DNA from: Candidatus Deferrimicrobium sp.
GTDB lineage: Archaea > Asgardarchaeota > Lokiarchaeia > Helarchaeales > HEL-GB-A
Assembly: GCA_035531115.1 (NCBI GenBank)
Contig: DATKTP010000172.1
Span: 18,965-82,964 of the forward strand
Direction: 5' to 3'
Length of the DNA stretch: 64,000 bases
Part shown: positions 63,201-64,000 of the stretch, one piece after another
How positions within the stretch are numbered: position 1 is the stretch's first letter
Layout of the letters: the number at the start of each line of letters is the position of its first letter
Notes under the pieces: model-generated
Database searches by the model: none
What the model was told of the DNA's origin: nothing
What the model saw: the letters and a program-made list of their open reading frames with translations, nothing else
Position numbers and translations under genes: made by a program

Positions 63201-63364
63201 AAGAGAAGAAAGGATCCCGCTATCGTATCTTCTCGAATCTCCCTGCAAAAACGCTACGAGCGATTCTTATACAAGCCCTTGGCACACCTCTTATTGAGAT
63301 AACTCAAAGTGAAGCGACTCTTGTTGATTATTTTAGAATAAAATCGTTGGAGGTTAAGGACTAG
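60227..63364 (+). CDS. fusion protein: TM - extracytoplasmic alpha/alpha-toroid (prenyltransferase/terpene-cyclase-like) repeats - TM - ABC ATPase
   Basis: N-terminal TM; eight or more QNxDGGF-type repeats (RQNLDGSF, SRNSDGGY, NSTDGGF, SQNLDGGV, CQNPNGGF, TEEGGF, IQNADGGF, CQVSDGGF); second TM; GESGAGKST, LSGGQRRRASIA, ILDEPTSGLD. Confidence 0.7.
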   Translation: MSEKKKNYKLIIGILIIFILPFSLLVGLILYKPPHHFQTSYINSIISETNNYALTFQNQDGLFVEPAIDVIYNTVATYFYLNGTTPFLFSDLNLSYISYFALTRQNLDGSFSDFAGSGDMVSTFKALMTINWTIPEELSTNPVKMNLTYTFLNESRNSDGGYSIRPPFEQPAEFNFDIGYGIPLENFSKEISYMEYTHEAVKTFSLLGITPPNAQTTTFFINTTCRRIFIFEPNFPAGFAATKYTLSPDLHSTYHGVAALSDLGYSKSDIDLFGNITRFIELCWNSTDGGFSMYPGNVSDVTSTYYGVVALTLLDYNFSTSLVINRTKIIEFVENSQNLDGGVGARNGLPSSFQSAHHAAATIKLLEYLLVPADVTPLFYWLTDHKAQNGLYGEKLVEAQYWGIRSAFLANNEGSLNRSSISAFLINCQNPNGGFGSVPNSTSTVVDTYTAIESLYLLNNLSHINTLAATQWLQSLQTEEGGFASIIGLNAFLQSYAPLYGFIADLLLNDSRPSSEATFFALAALSRLGASPLNSTSLRFWLLSIQNADGGFPFALGIRSDAVSSFYAVQSLALIRDEPFSTLSCIQFLKGCQVSDGGFTFYPMIGEYLNVSYLFISYVAARAIYLLATQPADVFGAMDWFLTCKDDYTSGYSDTPYFGSDLRNSPYLIDIVRELNIDQSFDPTSWIQTILWLLIIELAALSAFGVVKLSRKYRKDIVGMKRIQLNIEEYPAVHVKGLTIKVGKKVILEDVNMTLQHGEVLGVVGESGAGKSTFVKSILGTKGSSGEIFLYGFDIRKEKKRLKPIIGYVPQDLSKIYENFTVMENLLHFGKQYGLEEKEIIQRGGKILQDLGIFDKRDSLVSALSGGQRRRASIAVGMIHQPTLFILDEPTSGLDPIIREQLWITLLNLAEIHNTTLIVITHYPEESKFCTKVAIFGRKRGLIDFGPPLELINNLPGSGRALDVNLKESIAPISVDLLPILQKVPQIEFFLEEKKGSRYRIFSNLPAKTLRAILIQALGTPLIEITQSEATLVDYFRIKSLEVKD

Positions 63365-64000
63365 TGGCACATATCTGGAACCTCATTATCAAAGAGTTTG
63401 GGCGCATTAAAAGTGATCGTAAGGGGTTGATTATGCTCTTCCTCTTTCCGCTCATTACAATAATTATTTTCGGATTTTCCTCAGGGGGTGGTTACGAGAT
63501 CGCTTATACTGTTGGTATTATCAATCAAGATCCTACCACTCACGGTACTAATATGGTGAATGCGTTCAATAGTGCAAATACTACTATGACTGTTGTAGCA
63601 AATTTCACCACCACAAATATCGCGGAATTCCAAGCAGCCTACGAGGAGGCATATGACCTCCTAAAACATGATAAGATCGAGATGATTTGTATCATCCCGG
63701 AAAATTTTAGCGAATCTGTTGAGAATGGCTCAAATCCCGTTATAATAATCTATATTGATGGATCTGGTTTAACTTCTCAAAATGATCTCTACTTAGCCCT
63801 CACTGAGCCTTTTCTATACTTCAAAATGATTGAGGGAAACTGGAGCGGTACTATCCTAGTTTTTCCGTATCTAGAATATGACGTTCCTTCGGGATGGAAT
63901 CAAATTTTAAACTATATGGCAGGCTTAATGATTCCTCTAATCGTACTGGCTACAAGTATGAATGTTAGCTCTCTGAGTATAGTAACAGAATTACCATTAC
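63364..64000 (+). CDS. ABC-2 family transporter permease (5' part, continues beyond window)
   Basis: GTG start overlapping upstream stop; IKEFGRIKSDRKGLIMLFLFPLITIIIFGF N-terminal pattern. Confidence 0.6.
   Translation, partial: MAHIWNLIIKEFGRIKSDRKGLIMLFLFPLITIIIFGFSSGGGYEIAYTVGIINQDPTTHGTNMVNAFNSANTTMTVVANFTTTNIAEFQAAYEEAYDLLKHDKIEMICIIPENFSESVENGSNPVIIIYIDGSGLTSQNDLYLALTEPFLYFKMIEGNWSGTILVFPYLEYDVPSGWNQILNYMAGLMIPLIVLATSMNVSSLSIVTELPL

Noticed and set aside
1-64000. CRISPR arrays, transposases/integrases, rRNA genes
   Set aside because: No regularly spaced direct repeats with unique spacers, no DDE/tyrosine recombinase motifs, and no long GC-rich structured RNA regions were seen.

Overview
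The window is AT-rich archaeal chromosome. The archaeal assignment rests on group II chaperonin (thermosome) paralogs, fibrillarin plus Nop5, aIF-1A, ELP3, a CDP-archaeol synthase-like protein, family-B and family-X DNA polymerases, and PGF-CTERM sorting signals. Several proteins have eukaryote-like features: a KKE-tailed Nop5, a lysine-rich N-extension on eIF1A, longin-like domains and RWD-like domains. These would fit an Asgard-type archaeon, but that is inference only.

The core content is housekeeping and metabolism. It includes Glu dehydrogenase, pyrD/pyrK, ornithine carbamoyltransferase, ADP-forming acetyl-CoA synthetase alpha, an acyl-CoA ligase, an OYE flavoenzyme, an M20 peptidase and a crotonase. 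A contiguous heat-shock block thsA-thsB-grpE-dnaK-dnaJ is followed by an HTH regulator. There are three type-II toxin-antitoxin modules, one of which is frameshifted, and several small or unknown genes.

The most unusual region is 57.4-64 kb. It is an ABC-2-type transporter locus with three ATPase homologues. The first is a canonical ATPase. The second is a 1045-aa fusion of TM, a prenyltransferase/terpene-cyclase-like alpha/alpha-toroid repeat ectodomain, a second TM and an ABC ATPase. The third, divergently transcribed, carries two N-terminal RWD/UEV-like domains (UBC fold, YPxxP hallmark) fused to an ABC ATPase domain with a destroyed Walker A and Walker B Asp.

A second candidate module lies at 37-42 kb. 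It holds three paralogous longin-like-domain proteins, one fused to a 7-TM domain, around a 342-aa coiled-coil protein.

Two conserved genes (THEP1 NTPase, Nop5) have N-termini that lie upstream of any canonical start and begin exactly at an SD-preceded ATT. This suggests AUU initiation.

I could not identify any tRNA or rRNA genes, CRISPR arrays or mobile elements.
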